The position numbers and the translations under genes are program-made. A stretch of 64,000 nucleotides of DNA. Source: an uncultured Pseudomonadales bacterium. Its GTDB lineage: Bacteria > Patescibacteriota > Microgenomatia > UBA1400 > UBA12028. The first letter of the stretch is position 1; every line of letters begins with the position of its first letter. The stretch lies in the NCBI GenBank assembly GCA_964509365.1, contig CAZDWN010000002.1:67701-131700 (forward strand), given 5' to 3'. Under the pieces are notes generated by a model. The model saw only the letters and a list, made by a program, of their open reading frames with translations, did no database searches and was not told where the DNA came from. Of the stretch, positions 17,952 through 27,908 are shown piece by piece.

Positions 17952-18305
17952 CGCTTGTTTGACTTTCTGCCCAATGTCATCGATAGACACATCAGTCTTC
18001 ACGCAAAAATCAGATATTCCATACTGCTCGCAGACTTGGCGCTCGCCTTCCCGATTGAGATTGGTCGCGACGATGACGGGAATAGTCGAATGTTTCTCGA
18101 TCTCACGTAGCTGCTGCAAAAAGACGATGCCAGTCTTTTTTGGCATCACGAGATCCAAGATGATGAGATCAATCTCATTGAGCTTGAGCATCTCCAGCGC
18201 TTCATCTCCATCGCTTGCGACCACAAGCCGGTAGTCAGACTCAAACTTGGCTTTGTAGGCTTTGAGTAAAAAGCGATCGTCTTCGACCAATAAAATGGTT
18301 TTCAT
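17940..18305 (-). CDS. single-domain response regulator (receiver only)
   Basis: MKTILLVEDD...IILDLVMP. 121 aa. Overlaps the 3' end of the + strand receiver by 12 nt. Confidence 0.8.
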   Translation of the reverse strand: MKTILLVEDDRFLLKAYKAKFESDYRLVVASDGDEALEMLKLNEIDLIILDLVMPKKTGIVFLQQLREIEKHSTIPVIVATNLNREGERQVCEQYGISDFCVKTDVSIDDIGQKVKQALQE

Positions 18306-18314
18306 AAAAGTTGG

Positions 18315-20369
18315 CTAAGTTATACGTACACTTCCAGATTTTTTCTCCATACCTGAAAGTGGCAACGTAAACCAAAAAGTCGCACCTGTTCCTTCAGTGC
18401 TCTCAAATCCCACGTCACCGTGTGATGAGGTGATGATGGACTTGACGAGATACAGGCCCAATCCAGTCCCATCAGTCTCCAGTGATGTGACATTTTTCGC
18501 GCGAAAGAATTTTGAGAAGACTTTGTCACTCTCACCTTTGGGGATGCCGACACCCGTATCACTGACTTCACTTCTGATCGAGTCTCCTGACGTCTTGATC
18601 GAGAGTGTGACGGTCCCTCCCTCTGGAGTGTATTTGACGGCGTTGGTAAGGAGATTACTGTACACTTCCCGAACGAGCTGTGGATCGACATTGATGACGG
18701 GCAAGTTCGTATCGATCTCGCGGTGCAAGACGAGTTTTTTGGCATCGATACGAGCTGATAACTCTACGATGATGCTTTCGACAAGGTTCTCGAGATGCGT
18801 CGGCACTGGCTCCACGATCATCCGTCCCGATTCGATACGGGAGATATTGAGGAGTGCATTGACCAGAGAGATCATACGAAGTGTAGAGTCGTAAAAATTT
18901 TGCACGAGTTCAGACTGTTTTGGATTGAGATCGCCAGCTTTTTTTTGCAGCAGCAGTTCCCCAAACCAGCGCATGGCTGAGAGTGGCGTACGCAACTGAT
19001 GTGAGGCCATGGAGATAAATTCTGTTTTCATCCGATCGACTTCTTTGCGATGCGAAATATTTTGTTGGATACCGACGTAGCCCACGGTGCTTCCATGTTC
19101 GGTGATCGGATAGACTGACAAGCGACAGTCATACTCACTCCCATCTTTACGTTTGTTGACGATAGATTCAGTAGTAAATGAGTGTCCAGCTTTCAGCTCA
19201 TTCCACATCGTGGTGTAGACTTCTTGCGGAGTCTTCCCGCTATGCAAAAGCCTTGGGTTACTGCCCATTGCTTCCTTGCTCGTGTAGCCATTCAGCCTGG
19301 TCCAGGAATCATTCACATACTCGATGGTGCCATTGAGATCCGTAATGGCGATCCCATTCGTACTTGCTTCGACTGCCAGTGACAGTCGTTTATTGAGTTG
19401 CAATTTTTCGATGTGGTCAGCGACAACGAAACTCAAGATCTCCAGTTCATCGTGAGAGACGAGGACGGCTGCTTCCTCTCGCTCATCGCCATACTCATTC
19501 TTGAGTGACGTGATCAGTTTGGCAATGGGGTCGACAAACCAGTGATATTGGATCGTGTAGGAGACATAGATGAGTCCACCTCCGAGCACGAATGTAATCA
19601 GGATCATCGTAAGGAGACTATCTCTGGTCAGTTGGAGCGAGTGGTCGATAAACGTAAACTGAGCGGTGCTGACGACGGCGCCACGTTGGTCCTTGAAGTG
19701 CTCCAGTATATGGACATGTTCATCCAAGTGAGACTCTACTTTTCCGTCATCAGAAAAGATCGCGGTAGATCCGACGATGCCACTAATCATGTCAAGCGAT
19801 GATTGATCCCAAATTTTTGCCACCACCATAAACCCATTTGATTTGAGTTCTGGTCGAGTCGGATCAGTGATCGGCGTGGCAGCAAAATGCACCAGTTGCC
19901 CATTTTGAATCTCAAAGTATTCGACTGGTGTCCCCAATTTGTAGGATTGGACAATGTTTGGCTGGAGCGTGACAGGCTTCTCCAACCCAGTGAGGCTCTC
20001 TTCATGCATGAGGGTCCCGTCATTGCGATAGATCCAGTAGCCGCTCGCCTGAAATGTCTCCAAAGAGCCTGTCGTGGAGTGGACAAACCAATCTCGATCA
20101 TTTGCCGCTACTGCGGTATACATCTCATCCCAGTAGGCATAGTCATCGGCAAAGATGCGAATCGAATCTCCATGGAGAGAGACAGCTTTGTCGACGCGGT
20201 TTTGATAGTCGGTGACTAGTTGCGTACGAACTTTGGAGTACTCAGTTGTGACGACGCCAAGCGCGAGCACAATCGAGCCAAGTGAGACAAATGTCGTCGT
20301 CAGTCCGAGGAAGATGATCTTTTTCCCGATGCTCCAGTTCTTTGGATGAAAGCCAACTGCAAATCGCAT
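18315..20369 (-). CDS. sensor histidine kinase with extracytoplasmic sensor domain, PAS domain, HisKA and HATPase_c
   Basis: Two TM segments flank a ~230-aa periplasmic region. PAS region follows. H-box SHQLRTPLSAMRWFGELL and G-box GTGLGLYLVK. 684 aa. Confidence 0.8.
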   Translation of the reverse strand: MRFAVGFHPKNWSIGKKIIFLGLTTTFVSLGSIVLALGVVTTEYSKVRTQLVTDYQNRVDKAVSLHGDSIRIFADDYAYWDEMYTAVAANDRDWFVHSTTGSLETFQASGYWIYRNDGTLMHEESLTGLEKPVTLQPNIVQSYKLGTPVEYFEIQNGQLVHFAATPITDPTRPELKSNGFMVVAKIWDQSSLDMISGIVGSTAIFSDDGKVESHLDEHVHILEHFKDQRGAVVSTAQFTFIDHSLQLTRDSLLTMILITFVLGGGLIYVSYTIQYHWFVDPIAKLITSLKNEYGDEREEAAVLVSHDELEILSFVVADHIEKLQLNKRLSLAVEASTNGIAITDLNGTIEYVNDSWTRLNGYTSKEAMGSNPRLLHSGKTPQEVYTTMWNELKAGHSFTTESIVNKRKDGSEYDCRLSVYPITEHGSTVGYVGIQQNISHRKEVDRMKTEFISMASHQLRTPLSAMRWFGELLLQKKAGDLNPKQSELVQNFYDSTLRMISLVNALLNISRIESGRMIVEPVPTHLENLVESIIVELSARIDAKKLVLHREIDTNLPVINVDPQLVREVYSNLLTNAVKYTPEGGTVTLSIKTSGDSIRSEVSDTGVGIPKGESDKVFSKFFRAKNVTSLETDGTGLGLYLVKSIITSSHGDVGFESTEGTGATFWFTLPLSGMEKKSGSVRIT

Positions 20370-20463
20370 TCAATTATCATGCACTCTTTTAGCCCAACAA
20401 TAAAGAGGAATTCCAGTATTTAAGAAGCTTAACAAATCGGAGTAATTTTGTGATGATACCCCC

Positions 20464-20496
20464 TTGACACTTCACTTCAAAATTCGTCATTATAAA
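20464..20496 (+). promoter_or_regulatory. candidate sigma70-like promoter upstream of the surface-protein cluster
   Basis: Perfect TTGACA at 20464-20469, 18-nt spacer, CATTAT at 20488-20493, only ~12 nt before the ATG at 20505. It lies in the 135-bp gap after the divergent histidine kinase. Weak call. Confidence 0.25.
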
Positions 20497-20504
20497 GTCT
20501 GATT

Positions 20505-21593
20505 ATGACTCTGCCCGCCAAACATCAGTTCCTTTCATTTTCGCGATTCCTGATGGTCCTCGTGACATTATCTTCGATGTCAATTGGCTTTTTCGTCGCA
20601 GCGACGACTCCCGTGCAAGCGGTTGCCGCTGGTGAGACGTATATGCGCTGTGATCGCATGAAAGCTGCGATCGCACCAGGTGCCTGTCTCGTCGTGTTTA
20701 CAACATCGTCGACGACGGCGACGGAGACATCAATCAAAATTACCTTGGATGCTGAGTGGGTCAGCACCACCAATTTCTCCACGACCGCAGGAAACTACAC
20801 CGTGGCGACATCCGGCACAGGGACGACGCTGCCATCAGGTGTGACGGCGATGCCAGGTATCGCGACCGCGGATCTCGTCTCGGGGAATACGATCCGCTTT
20901 CCGGTCACCGCATTGGCCAATAGTACCAAGTACGGATTTTTTATCACTGGATCTGGACTTATCTCCAATCCGGCTGCATCGACCACGATCTTTCATACGA
21001 TCTTTACGCGCACCGGCTCAGATGCGGCGACAGCAGACACGAAAGATGTCGCGGTGCCAACGATCGCAGACGATCAGATCGTCGTGACTGCCACGGTCTC
21101 TCCATCATTCACCTTTGTCTTCAACAACAATGCGCAAGCGTTGGGTGCTCTTTCGTCCTCTGCGCCTGTCTCTGGCTCTGGGACGACGATCACGATTACG
21201 ACCAATGCTCCAAACGGGTGGTTTGCCTGGGTGAAAGATAGCAATGCTGGTTTGACTTCGGCCAACGCATCCAAGACGATCGCGACGACTGGGACAATCA
21301 ACGCCGCGCCGTCTTCGCTCTCCAACGGTGTAGAAGGATACGTGCTCGATACTGATCTGACGACCGACTTCGCCGCTGGTGGCACCGTCACAATCGATCC
21401 AGAATATTTGGGTGCTGACACAGTCTCTGGAGGTACGTTATCGGCGACCGATTACCAGCCAATTGCATCGTCAGGTGGGACTGCTGGTGGTGACGTCCTG
21501 ACTTTGATACCTCGTGCGTCGATCGCAGGGAATACTCCGGCTGCGAGTGACTATACCGACACCTTGACGGTTGTCGGAGCTGGTCGATTTTAA
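20505..21593 (+). CDS. secreted surface protein, family A (N-terminal RMKAGIAPG domain plus C-terminal ...TPAASDYTDTLTVVGAGRF domain)
   Basis: Signal peptide. Low-complexity T/S/A/G-rich beta-type sequence. 362 aa. Near-identical protein encoded immediately downstream. Confidence 0.5.
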   Translation: MTLPAKHQFLSFSRFLMVLVTLSSMSIGFFVAATTPVQAVAAGETYMRCDRMKAAIAPGACLVVFTTSSTTATETSIKITLDAEWVSTTNFSTTAGNYTVATSGTGTTLPSGVTAMPGIATADLVSGNTIRFPVTALANSTKYGFFITGSGLISNPAASTTIFHTIFTRTGSDAATADTKDVAVPTIADDQIVVTATVSPSFTFVFNNNAQALGALSSSAPVSGSGTTITITTNAPNGWFAWVKDSNAGLTSANASKTIATTGTINAAPSSLSNGVEGYVLDTDLTTDFAAGGTVTIDPEYLGADTVSGGTLSATDYQPIASSGGTAGGDVLTLIPRASIAGNTPAASDYTDTLTVVGAGRF

Positions 21594-21658
21594 AAAATCA
21601 AACAGACTATTGACAGCATACTCATCCATTCGTCATGCTAGCTACAGATATTGCATGT

Positions 21659-22735
21659 ATGAAAAAATTCCTCACTTCAGTTCTTCGTTTGTTTGTCATG
21701 ATCGTCACGTTGTCGTCACTGACAATGGGCTTTTTTGTAGCTGCCACCACTCCAGTAGAGGCTGTCGCCGCGGGTGAGACGTACATGCGCTGTGATCGGA
21801 TGAAAGCAGGGATTGCACCTGGCGCGTGTCTCGTCGTCTTTACGTCATCTTCGACGGCCGCGACTGAGACGACCATCAAGATTACGTTGGACGCTGAGTG
21901 GGTCAGCGCGACAAATTTTTCCACGAGCGCAGCAAACTATACAGTGGCCACTTCTGGGACGGGGACGACGCTCCCTGCTGGTGTCACGGCGATGCCAGGC
22001 ATCACCACAGCAGACAACGTGACTGGCAATACGATTCGTTTCCCAGTCACGAACCTCACGAATAGTACAAAATATGGCTTTTATATCACGGGAACTGGCT
22101 TGCTGCTCAATCCGGCTGCCTCGACCACCATCTATCACACGATCTTTACGCGCACTGGTGCTGATGCGGCGACTGCCGATACGAAAGATGTTGCCGTGCC
22201 GACCATTGCGGATGATCAGATCGTCGTGACCGCCACTGTTTCCCCGTCATTTACGTTTGTTTTTAACAACAATGCACAAGCGTTAGGTGCTCTCTCATCC
22301 TCAGCTCCGGTATCTGGGTCTGGCACGACGATCACGATCACGACCAACGCTCCAAATGGCTGGTTTGCTTGGGTGCGGGACAGCAACGCGGGACTGACGT
22401 CTGCCAACGCCTCGAAAACGATTGCCACAACAGGGACGATCAATGCGGCACCATCTTCGCTCTCCAACGGTGTAGAAGGATACGTACTCGATACGGATCT
22501 GACGACTGACTTTGCTGCCGGTGGCACAGTGACAATCGATCCAGAGTACCTTGGTGCTGATACCGTCTCTGGGGGTACATTATCGGCGACTGATTACCAG
22601 CCGATCGCCTCTTCAGGTGGGACTGCTGGTGGCGATGTGCTTACCTTGATCCCACGCGCCTCGATCGCGGGCAATACTCCTGCTGCCAGTGATTACACTG
22701 ATACCTTGACGGTGGTCGGGGCTGGACGATTCTAA
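21659..22735 (+). CDS. secreted surface protein, family A, tandem paralog
   Basis: Start taken at MKKFLTSVLRLFVMIV (signal peptide). About 92% protein identity to 20505..21593 but only about 80% nucleotide identity, with many synonymous changes. Confidence 0.5.
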   Translation: MKKFLTSVLRLFVMIVTLSSLTMGFFVAATTPVEAVAAGETYMRCDRMKAGIAPGACLVVFTSSSTAATETTIKITLDAEWVSATNFSTSAANYTVATSGTGTTLPAGVTAMPGITTADNVTGNTIRFPVTNLTNSTKYGFYITGTGLLLNPAASTTIYHTIFTRTGADAATADTKDVAVPTIADDQIVVTATVSPSFTFVFNNNAQALGALSSSAPVSGSGTTITITTNAPNGWFAWVRDSNAGLTSANASKTIATTGTINAAPSSLSNGVEGYVLDTDLTTDFAAGGTVTIDPEYLGADTVSGGTLSATDYQPIASSGGTAGGDVLTLIPRASIAGNTPAASDYTDTLTVVGAGRF

Positions 22736-22758
22736 AAAGTCCAGTACACTAAAGTACA

Positions 22759-24927
22759 GTGATGAAGTATATTATTCCCCTTACGATCGGACTTTTTCTT
22801 TTTGCTTTTCCCGTGCGTGCCGTTGAGCTTGAGGCGAGCCAATCCGCCCAAATCCCGATTCTCCCTGCTCCCGACACTCCTATCAATTTGACAGTCTCGC
22901 CCGTGAGTTTGAGTCTAGAGACAGATCCAGGCGTCCCGGTAAAGTCAGAGATCAAAGTGCGCAACAACTCGACGAGTTCTGAACAACTGCAGATCACCAT
23001 CGGTACCTTTGTCGCCGATAGCAACGGTGATAAACCGAAGCTGCTGGATGCAAAACCTGCAGATACCTTTATCCCTTGGCTGTCCGTGGATCCTGAACCA
23101 TTTGTCCTCAATCCTGGTGAGTGGAAGACGATGCCAGTGAGTTTTTCGCCTCCGAAAGAAGCGTCACTTTCCTACTACTACACGATCCAAGTGAGACGGA
23201 CGAGCACGATCAAAGGTGCTGATGGGAAAGCCATCGTCTCTGGTGTCCCGGCGATCCTGGTCCTGGCGACAGTGAACTCTCCAGATTCGCGTCGAGAGTT
23301 ACAGCTCGATTCATTTGTAGCGAAATCTCCGTTTTTGGAGTTTTTGCCTCAGGAGTTTGTGCTATCGATCAAAAATAGTGGCAATGTCCATATCGCACCG
23401 ACTGGAAATATTTTTATCGATGGCCAAGGCAAAAAAGATTTAGCAGTTCTCTCGTTTAACCCTGGATCGAGTGTGATCTTACCGCAGACAACTAGGCAGT
23501 TTCCGATCGTCTGGGATGATGGATTTCCGGTTCGTGTCAAAAATGTGACGGGGGAAAAAGATCAAAAGACTGGTGATGAAAAACAAGCGATGACGCTGGA
23601 ATGGAACCCAGATAAAGTGAAATCACTTCGGTTTGGGAAGTACACTGCGCATTTGATTATGGTGTATGACAATGGCGAGCGAGATGTCCCGATCGAGTCG
23701 ACAGTCTCGTTTTGGGTAATTCCGGTTCGCATCATCATTGCGATCATTGCTGTCCCGACGTTACCGACACTCCTGGTCTATCTGATCATGCGCCGGCGCA
23801 TGCGAAAACTGCAGGCCAAAGCGACAGTTCCGGTGGTCATATTGTGCATCGGAGTGGCATGTCTGTTTGCACCTGCAGTCCATGCACAGGAGCCAGTGGC
23901 CAGTGCGAGTGCGCAAGAGTCGATTCAGATCTTACCTGTCCCTGACACTCCCATTAATTTGACTGTCTCGCCAGTGAGCTTGAGTCTCGAGACCGATCCT
24001 GCGGTGCCAGTAAAATCAGAGATCAAGATTCGAAACAATGCGACCAGTTCCGAGCAGCTTCAGGTGACTGTGGGGACGTTTATCGCTGACGAAAGTGGTG
24101 ACAAACCAAAACTACTCGATCCGAAGCCGACCGATGCTTTTATCTCCTGGATGCATGTCGATCCGGCACCTTTTGTCATCAATCCTGGTGAATGGAAAAC
24201 GATGAGTGTCGAGTTTACCCCACCCAAAGAAGCGTCACTTTCCTATTACTATACGATCATGGTCAAGCGTACGAGCACCGTCAAAGGGGCAGATGGCAAA
24301 GCGGTTGTCTCAGGTGTCCCGGCGATCCTCGTCCTGGCGACCGTCAACTCGCCTGATGCCGTCAGACAACTCGAAGTTGAATCTTTTACTGCCAAGCATG
24401 CATTCCTGGAATACTTGCCAGAGGAGTTTGAAGTCACACTCAAAAATACCGGCAACGTGCACTTGAGTCCGAGTGGAAATATTTTCCTCGATGGCCAAGG
24501 GAAAAAAGACCTCGCCGTGCTCTCGCTCAATCCAGCGTCGAGTCTTGTCCTCCCCGGTACCAGTCGAAAGTTTACGATCTCCTATGACGATGGTTTTCCA
24601 GTTTTCGAGCCGGTCAGCGAAGCCGGGAAAGATGTGCAGAGTGCAAATGGTCAGCAAGAGCGAAAACTCAAATGGGACTTCTCCAAAGCCGATCGATTGC
24701 GCATTGGGAAGTTTACGGCGCACCTACTCATGGTCTATGATAATGGTGAGCGTGATGTCCCCGTAGAATCATATGTTAGTTTTTGGATCATACCTTGGAA
24801 ATTGCTATGCGTCGCTATTCTCATCATGAGCTTTGCGCTCTTCGGTTTGTACTCCATCGTCCGCACCATCGTGCGCGCGGTGAAGGCAAAGAAAAAAGTC
24901 TCGCAATCTCCGCCGCTTGCTTCCTGA
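22759..24927 (+). CDS. fusion of two DUF916/DUF3324-like cell-surface units (each: signal peptide, Ig-like ectodomain, C-terminal TM anchor with basic tail)
   Basis: GTG start. Unit 1 (aa 1-~350) ends in a TM plus RRRMRK and runs in frame, without stop, into the signal peptide of unit 2 (VVILCIGVACLFAPAVHAQEP). The two units are ~70% identical. The ORF ends 30 nt after an A6 tract. Confidence 0.5.
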   Translation: MMKYIIPLTIGLFLFAFPVRAVELEASQSAQIPILPAPDTPINLTVSPVSLSLETDPGVPVKSEIKVRNNSTSSEQLQITIGTFVADSNGDKPKLLDAKPADTFIPWLSVDPEPFVLNPGEWKTMPVSFSPPKEASLSYYYTIQVRRTSTIKGADGKAIVSGVPAILVLATVNSPDSRRELQLDSFVAKSPFLEFLPQEFVLSIKNSGNVHIAPTGNIFIDGQGKKDLAVLSFNPGSSVILPQTTRQFPIVWDDGFPVRVKNVTGEKDQKTGDEKQAMTLEWNPDKVKSLRFGKYTAHLIMVYDNGERDVPIESTVSFWVIPVRIIIAIIAVPTLPTLLVYLIMRRRMRKLQAKATVPVVILCIGVACLFAPAVHAQEPVASASAQESIQILPVPDTPINLTVSPVSLSLETDPAVPVKSEIKIRNNATSSEQLQVTVGTFIADESGDKPKLLDPKPTDAFISWMHVDPAPFVINPGEWKTMSVEFTPPKEASLSYYYTIMVKRTSTVKGADGKAVVSGVPAILVLATVNSPDAVRQLEVESFTAKHAFLEYLPEEFEVTLKNTGNVHLSPSGNIFLDGQGKKDLAVLSLNPASSLVLPGTSRKFTISYDDGFPVFEPVSEAGKDVQSANGQQERKLKWDFSKADRLRIGKFTAHLLMVYDNGERDVPVESYVSFWIIPWKLLCVAILIMSFALFGLYSIVRTIVRAVKAKKKVSQSPPLAS

Positions 24928-25817
24928 TCACTGCAGTGCTGTCACTGTGTGCCCCGCAGTTGGTGCATGCAGCTGAAGGTATCCGTATCCAACCACTGTA
25001 CATGGAGCTCACTCTCTCGGAGACGATTCAATCGGCTTCAGACATGTTGATCCTTGAAAATCAAACAACCTCGACCCAGCGAGTCTCTTTTTCAGCGTTG
25101 GATGTGCATGGTGAAGATGAGCAAGGGAATGTCCAGTTTGCCAGTGGCGTCGGTGGCAAAGATTCTCAAGCGGTTTCCTATGTATCGTTGGCGACTGATT
25201 CGGCTGTGTTGGCTCCTGGTGAGAAATACAGTCTGACGGTAACGGTAAAAAATTCCCAAGAACTTTCGCCTGGCGGACATTACAGCGCTCTCGTTGCTAG
25301 ATTCTTCGATCAAAATGAGACTGCTACTTCCCCACGGGTGCAACCAGCTGTGTCGACGCTCTTACTCACGCGAAAAATTGGAGGCGAGCGCTATCACATT
25401 TCATTGACCTCTATTGCAGGAAGTGAACGATGGATCCACTACGCCCTTCCAAAGCATTTTGAATTGACATTTACAAACGACGGAAACATTCACCTCGTGC
25501 CGCACGGCACGATCAGCGTCGTTGATATGTTTGGGAGACAAGTGGAAAAAGGAATCATCAATGAAGCCTCGACGATCATCTTGCCACAAAATCGCCGTAC
25601 CTTGCAGCAAGAGTTGTATACGGTCTCACGCTCACTGCCACTAATGCTCTACACGGTCAATGTCTCCGGAGCGACCACGCCAGGGGACGTACCGTTCTCT
25701 CGCCAGTTCTCCTTTATCTACGTCTCTTCGATCGGGCTGGTCGTCTTGGCGCTTTTCGTGATCTTGATTGTACTCGTCATCTGGAAGTTGAGACGTCGCC
25801 GACGGAGCCACTTATGA
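24783..25817 (+). CDS. third DUF916/DUF3324-like surface unit; probably the frameshifted continuation of 22759..24927
   Basis: Signal peptide (KEKSLAISAACFLITAVLSLCAPQLVHAAEG) lies in the -1 frame relative to the upstream ORF, directly after the A6 tract 24892-24897. C-terminal TM plus RRRRRSHL. First in-frame ATG at 24807 precedes the signal peptide awkwardly. Confidence 0.4.
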   Translation: MDHTLEIAMRRYSHHELCALRFVLHRPHHRARGEGKEKSLAISAACFLITAVLSLCAPQLVHAAEGIRIQPLYMELTLSETIQSASDMLILENQTTSTQRVSFSALDVHGEDEQGNVQFASGVGGKDSQAVSYVSLATDSAVLAPGEKYSLTVTVKNSQELSPGGHYSALVARFFDQNETATSPRVQPAVSTLLLTRKIGGERYHISLTSIAGSERWIHYALPKHFELTFTNDGNIHLVPHGTISVVDMFGRQVEKGIINEASTIILPQNRRTLQQELYTVSRSLPLMLYTVNVSGATTPGDVPFSRQFSFIYVSSIGLVVLALFVILIVLVIWKLRRRRRSHL

Positions 25818-26470
25818 TCGCACTCAATCGAAAAAAGAAACTCAGCATGTTCGCCATCGCAGGGGGGATCGTCCTCATTCTGCTTGGTGTCGCTTGGTTT
25901 CGCATGTATCGTGATGCATTTGGGAAGATCCAGACAGATTTGTCAAAACGCTCCCAGGAATTTATAGATGCAGAGCGGGCAAAATCGCAAAGTAGTTGGA
26001 AAGAAATTCACTTGGGGACTCCAGTACCGCAAGCTGGCGATGTCGGGACGAGATTTTCAACTCCGTGTTTTACGATTGCACTGCCGTTTACGATTCGCGA
26101 TCAGCATATCGACAACAAAGATGGCTCATGTACCTTTGCGGTTCGCGTCCTCTTCCCTCCAGCACGGTTAGTAGTTTGGGCTCGCCCACTTCGCATCACT
26201 TTATCCGAAGATACGGCGGTGACGCTGCGTCGCTCAAAACGAGATGTGTACACCGAGTCACAGTTGAGTACTTCGACAGTTCCTGATGTCGTGCAGTTTC
26301 GCTCAAGCGATGAATTGATTCTGTTTTTTACCAAAGGAACGATGGAGTATTCCTTTGCATTTACCAATGTCGTCAGTGAAAAGCTCAAAGCTTCCGATTT
26401 GCAAGCGATGCTCGATGGCTTTACCCCGTTCACACAACCTACTCTAGCTCCGAAACCACTCAAGCCGTAA
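25814..26470 (+). CDS. membrane-anchored hypothetical protein
   Basis: ATGA overlap with the upstream stop. N-terminal TM (FAIAGGIVLILLGVAWF). 218 aa. No motif recognised. Confidence 0.4.
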   Translation: MIALNRKKKLSMFAIAGGIVLILLGVAWFRMYRDAFGKIQTDLSKRSQEFIDAERAKSQSSWKEIHLGTPVPQAGDVGTRFSTPCFTIALPFTIRDQHIDNKDGSCTFAVRVLFPPARLVVWARPLRITLSEDTAVTLRRSKRDVYTESQLSTSTVPDVVQFRSSDELILFFTKGTMEYSFAFTNVVSEKLKASDLQAMLDGFTPFTQPTLAPKPLKP

Positions 26471-26528
26471 AGTTCTATTGTCAGAATGTGAGAACGGGGT
26501 TTACTATTACCTTGGCAGTCCAGAAATT

Positions 26529-27581
26529 ATGAAACGAAAACAGCTCTCACTTTTTTTGATGTTCTTCCTCTTCGCGATGCCCGCCTCTACGACGTATGAG
26601 ATGCACGATTTCGGCTTTGGTGCTGGTGGGAGTGGCGTCTCTGACTCTACGACCTATTCAGGCATTGGAATCGTTGGTGAGCAAGGCGGATCGCAGCAAA
26701 ATATTGGGTCGACGTATAACCTTGGTCCTGGCCTCATCTTTACGCAGCAGACCAATGTCCCTGGTGCGCCTACATTTACCAATCCAGCCAGCTACTACAA
26801 CAAATTGAAATTTGTATTGGACACCGGAAGCAATCCTACAGATACGCTCTATGCGATTGCCATCTCGACAGACAACTTTACCACGACCAATTTTATTCAA
26901 GCTGACAATACCATTGGCTCCAGTGCTGTGTATCAGACGTATTCTGCCTGGGGTGGTGGGACGGGTGCAAACGTCATTGGACTTGCGGTCTCCACGACGT
27001 ACAAGATCAAAGTCAAAGCGGTCCAGACCAAATATACCGAGACAGAATATAGTGCCGAGGCGTCAGCGACGACGAGCGCTCCTACATTGACGTATGATAT
27101 CGACGTCTCGCCGACCGACAATGATACCAGTGCTCCCTATATCGTCGCCTTTGGCACACTCAATGTCGGCAGCGTGACCACGGCCTCAGACAAAGTCTGG
27201 GTCGACGTCGATACCAATGCCGAGAATGGCGCGGCCGTCTATGTCTATGATGGATCCGCGGGCTTAGTGAGTGCAAATGCGAGCGCGACGATCACGTCTG
27301 CGACTGCAGATCTTTCGTCAGCATCCACAGGGTATGGATTACAGATTGCTTCCGTTGCACAAAGTAGTGGTGGCCCCCTAGCAAAGGTCTCGCCATTTAA
27401 TGGCAGTGGAGAAAATGTCGGCGCGATTACGACGGCATCGACGCAGATATTCTCGACGACCTCACTTCCGATCACTGCTGGACGAGGCTCGGTGTATGTC
27501 AAAGCGCGTGCGAGCTCCTCGACGCCAGCCGCGAGTGATTACTCTGATACCATCACCATGATTGCAAGTGGCTCATTTTAA
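26529..27581 (+). CDS. secreted surface protein sharing the family-A C-terminal domain (...STPAASDYSDTITMIASGSF)
   Basis: Start at MKRKQLSLFLMFFLFAMPA (signal peptide). The C-terminal ~170 aa align with the C-terminal domain of 20505 and 21659 (NGAAVYVYDGSAGLVSANASATI vs NGWFAWVKDSNAGLTSANASKTI). The last 31 nt are duplicated at 28252. Confidence 0.5.
   Translation: MKRKQLSLFLMFFLFAMPASTTYEMHDFGFGAGGSGVSDSTTYSGIGIVGEQGGSQQNIGSTYNLGPGLIFTQQTNVPGAPTFTNPASYYNKLKFVLDTGSNPTDTLYAIAISTDNFTTTNFIQADNTIGSSAVYQTYSAWGGGTGANVIGLAVSTTYKIKVKAVQTKYTETEYSAEASATTSAPTLTYDIDVSPTDNDTSAPYIVAFGTLNVGSVTTASDKVWVDVDTNAENGAAVYVYDGSAGLVSANASATITSATADLSSASTGYGLQIASVAQSSGGPLAKVSPFNGSGENVGAITTASTQIFSTTSLPITAGRGSVYVKARASSSTPAASDYSDTITMIASGSF
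27551..27581. repeat. 31-bp perfect direct repeat, copy 1 (CATCACCATGATTGCAAGTGGCTCATTTTAA)
   Basis: Identical 31-mer recurs at 28252-28282. Flanking bases differ on both sides. The TA cassette lies in the 670 bp between the copies. Confidence 0.9.
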
Positions 27582-27611
27582 GTTTCCCTATGCTTGCTTC
27601 AATGATACAAT

Positions 27612-27908
27612 TTGTGTATGACAAATATCATCAAAGACTCTCGAGCTGATGTGGAGCAAGTGTGCAAAGATGCGGGTATTACGTACCTTGCTGTTTTTGG
27701 GTCACAGGCACGTGGGGATCAAAAGTCCGAGAGTGATGTAGATCTGCTGGTAGAATTTAAAGAGGCACCTGGCCTTATTGGCTTTATCCGAACCAAGCAG
27801 CGATTTGAGGATATCTTTGATCGTAAAGTAGATTTGGTAACGCGAAAAGGCCTCTCACCATATATTAAACCGTACATCCAAAAGGACTTACAGATATTGT
27901 ATGGATAA
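27612..27908 (+). CDS. mntA: MntA-type minimal nucleotidyltransferase (antitoxin of a HepT/MntA type VII TA pair)
   Basis: GSxxRGxxxxxSDxD motif (AVFGSQARGDQKSESDVDLLVEF). 98 aa. Confidence 0.8.
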   Translation: MCMTNIIKDSRADVEQVCKDAGITYLAVFGSQARGDQKSESDVDLLVEFKEAPGLIGFIRTKQRFEDIFDRKVDLVTRKGLSPYIKPYIQKDLQILYG

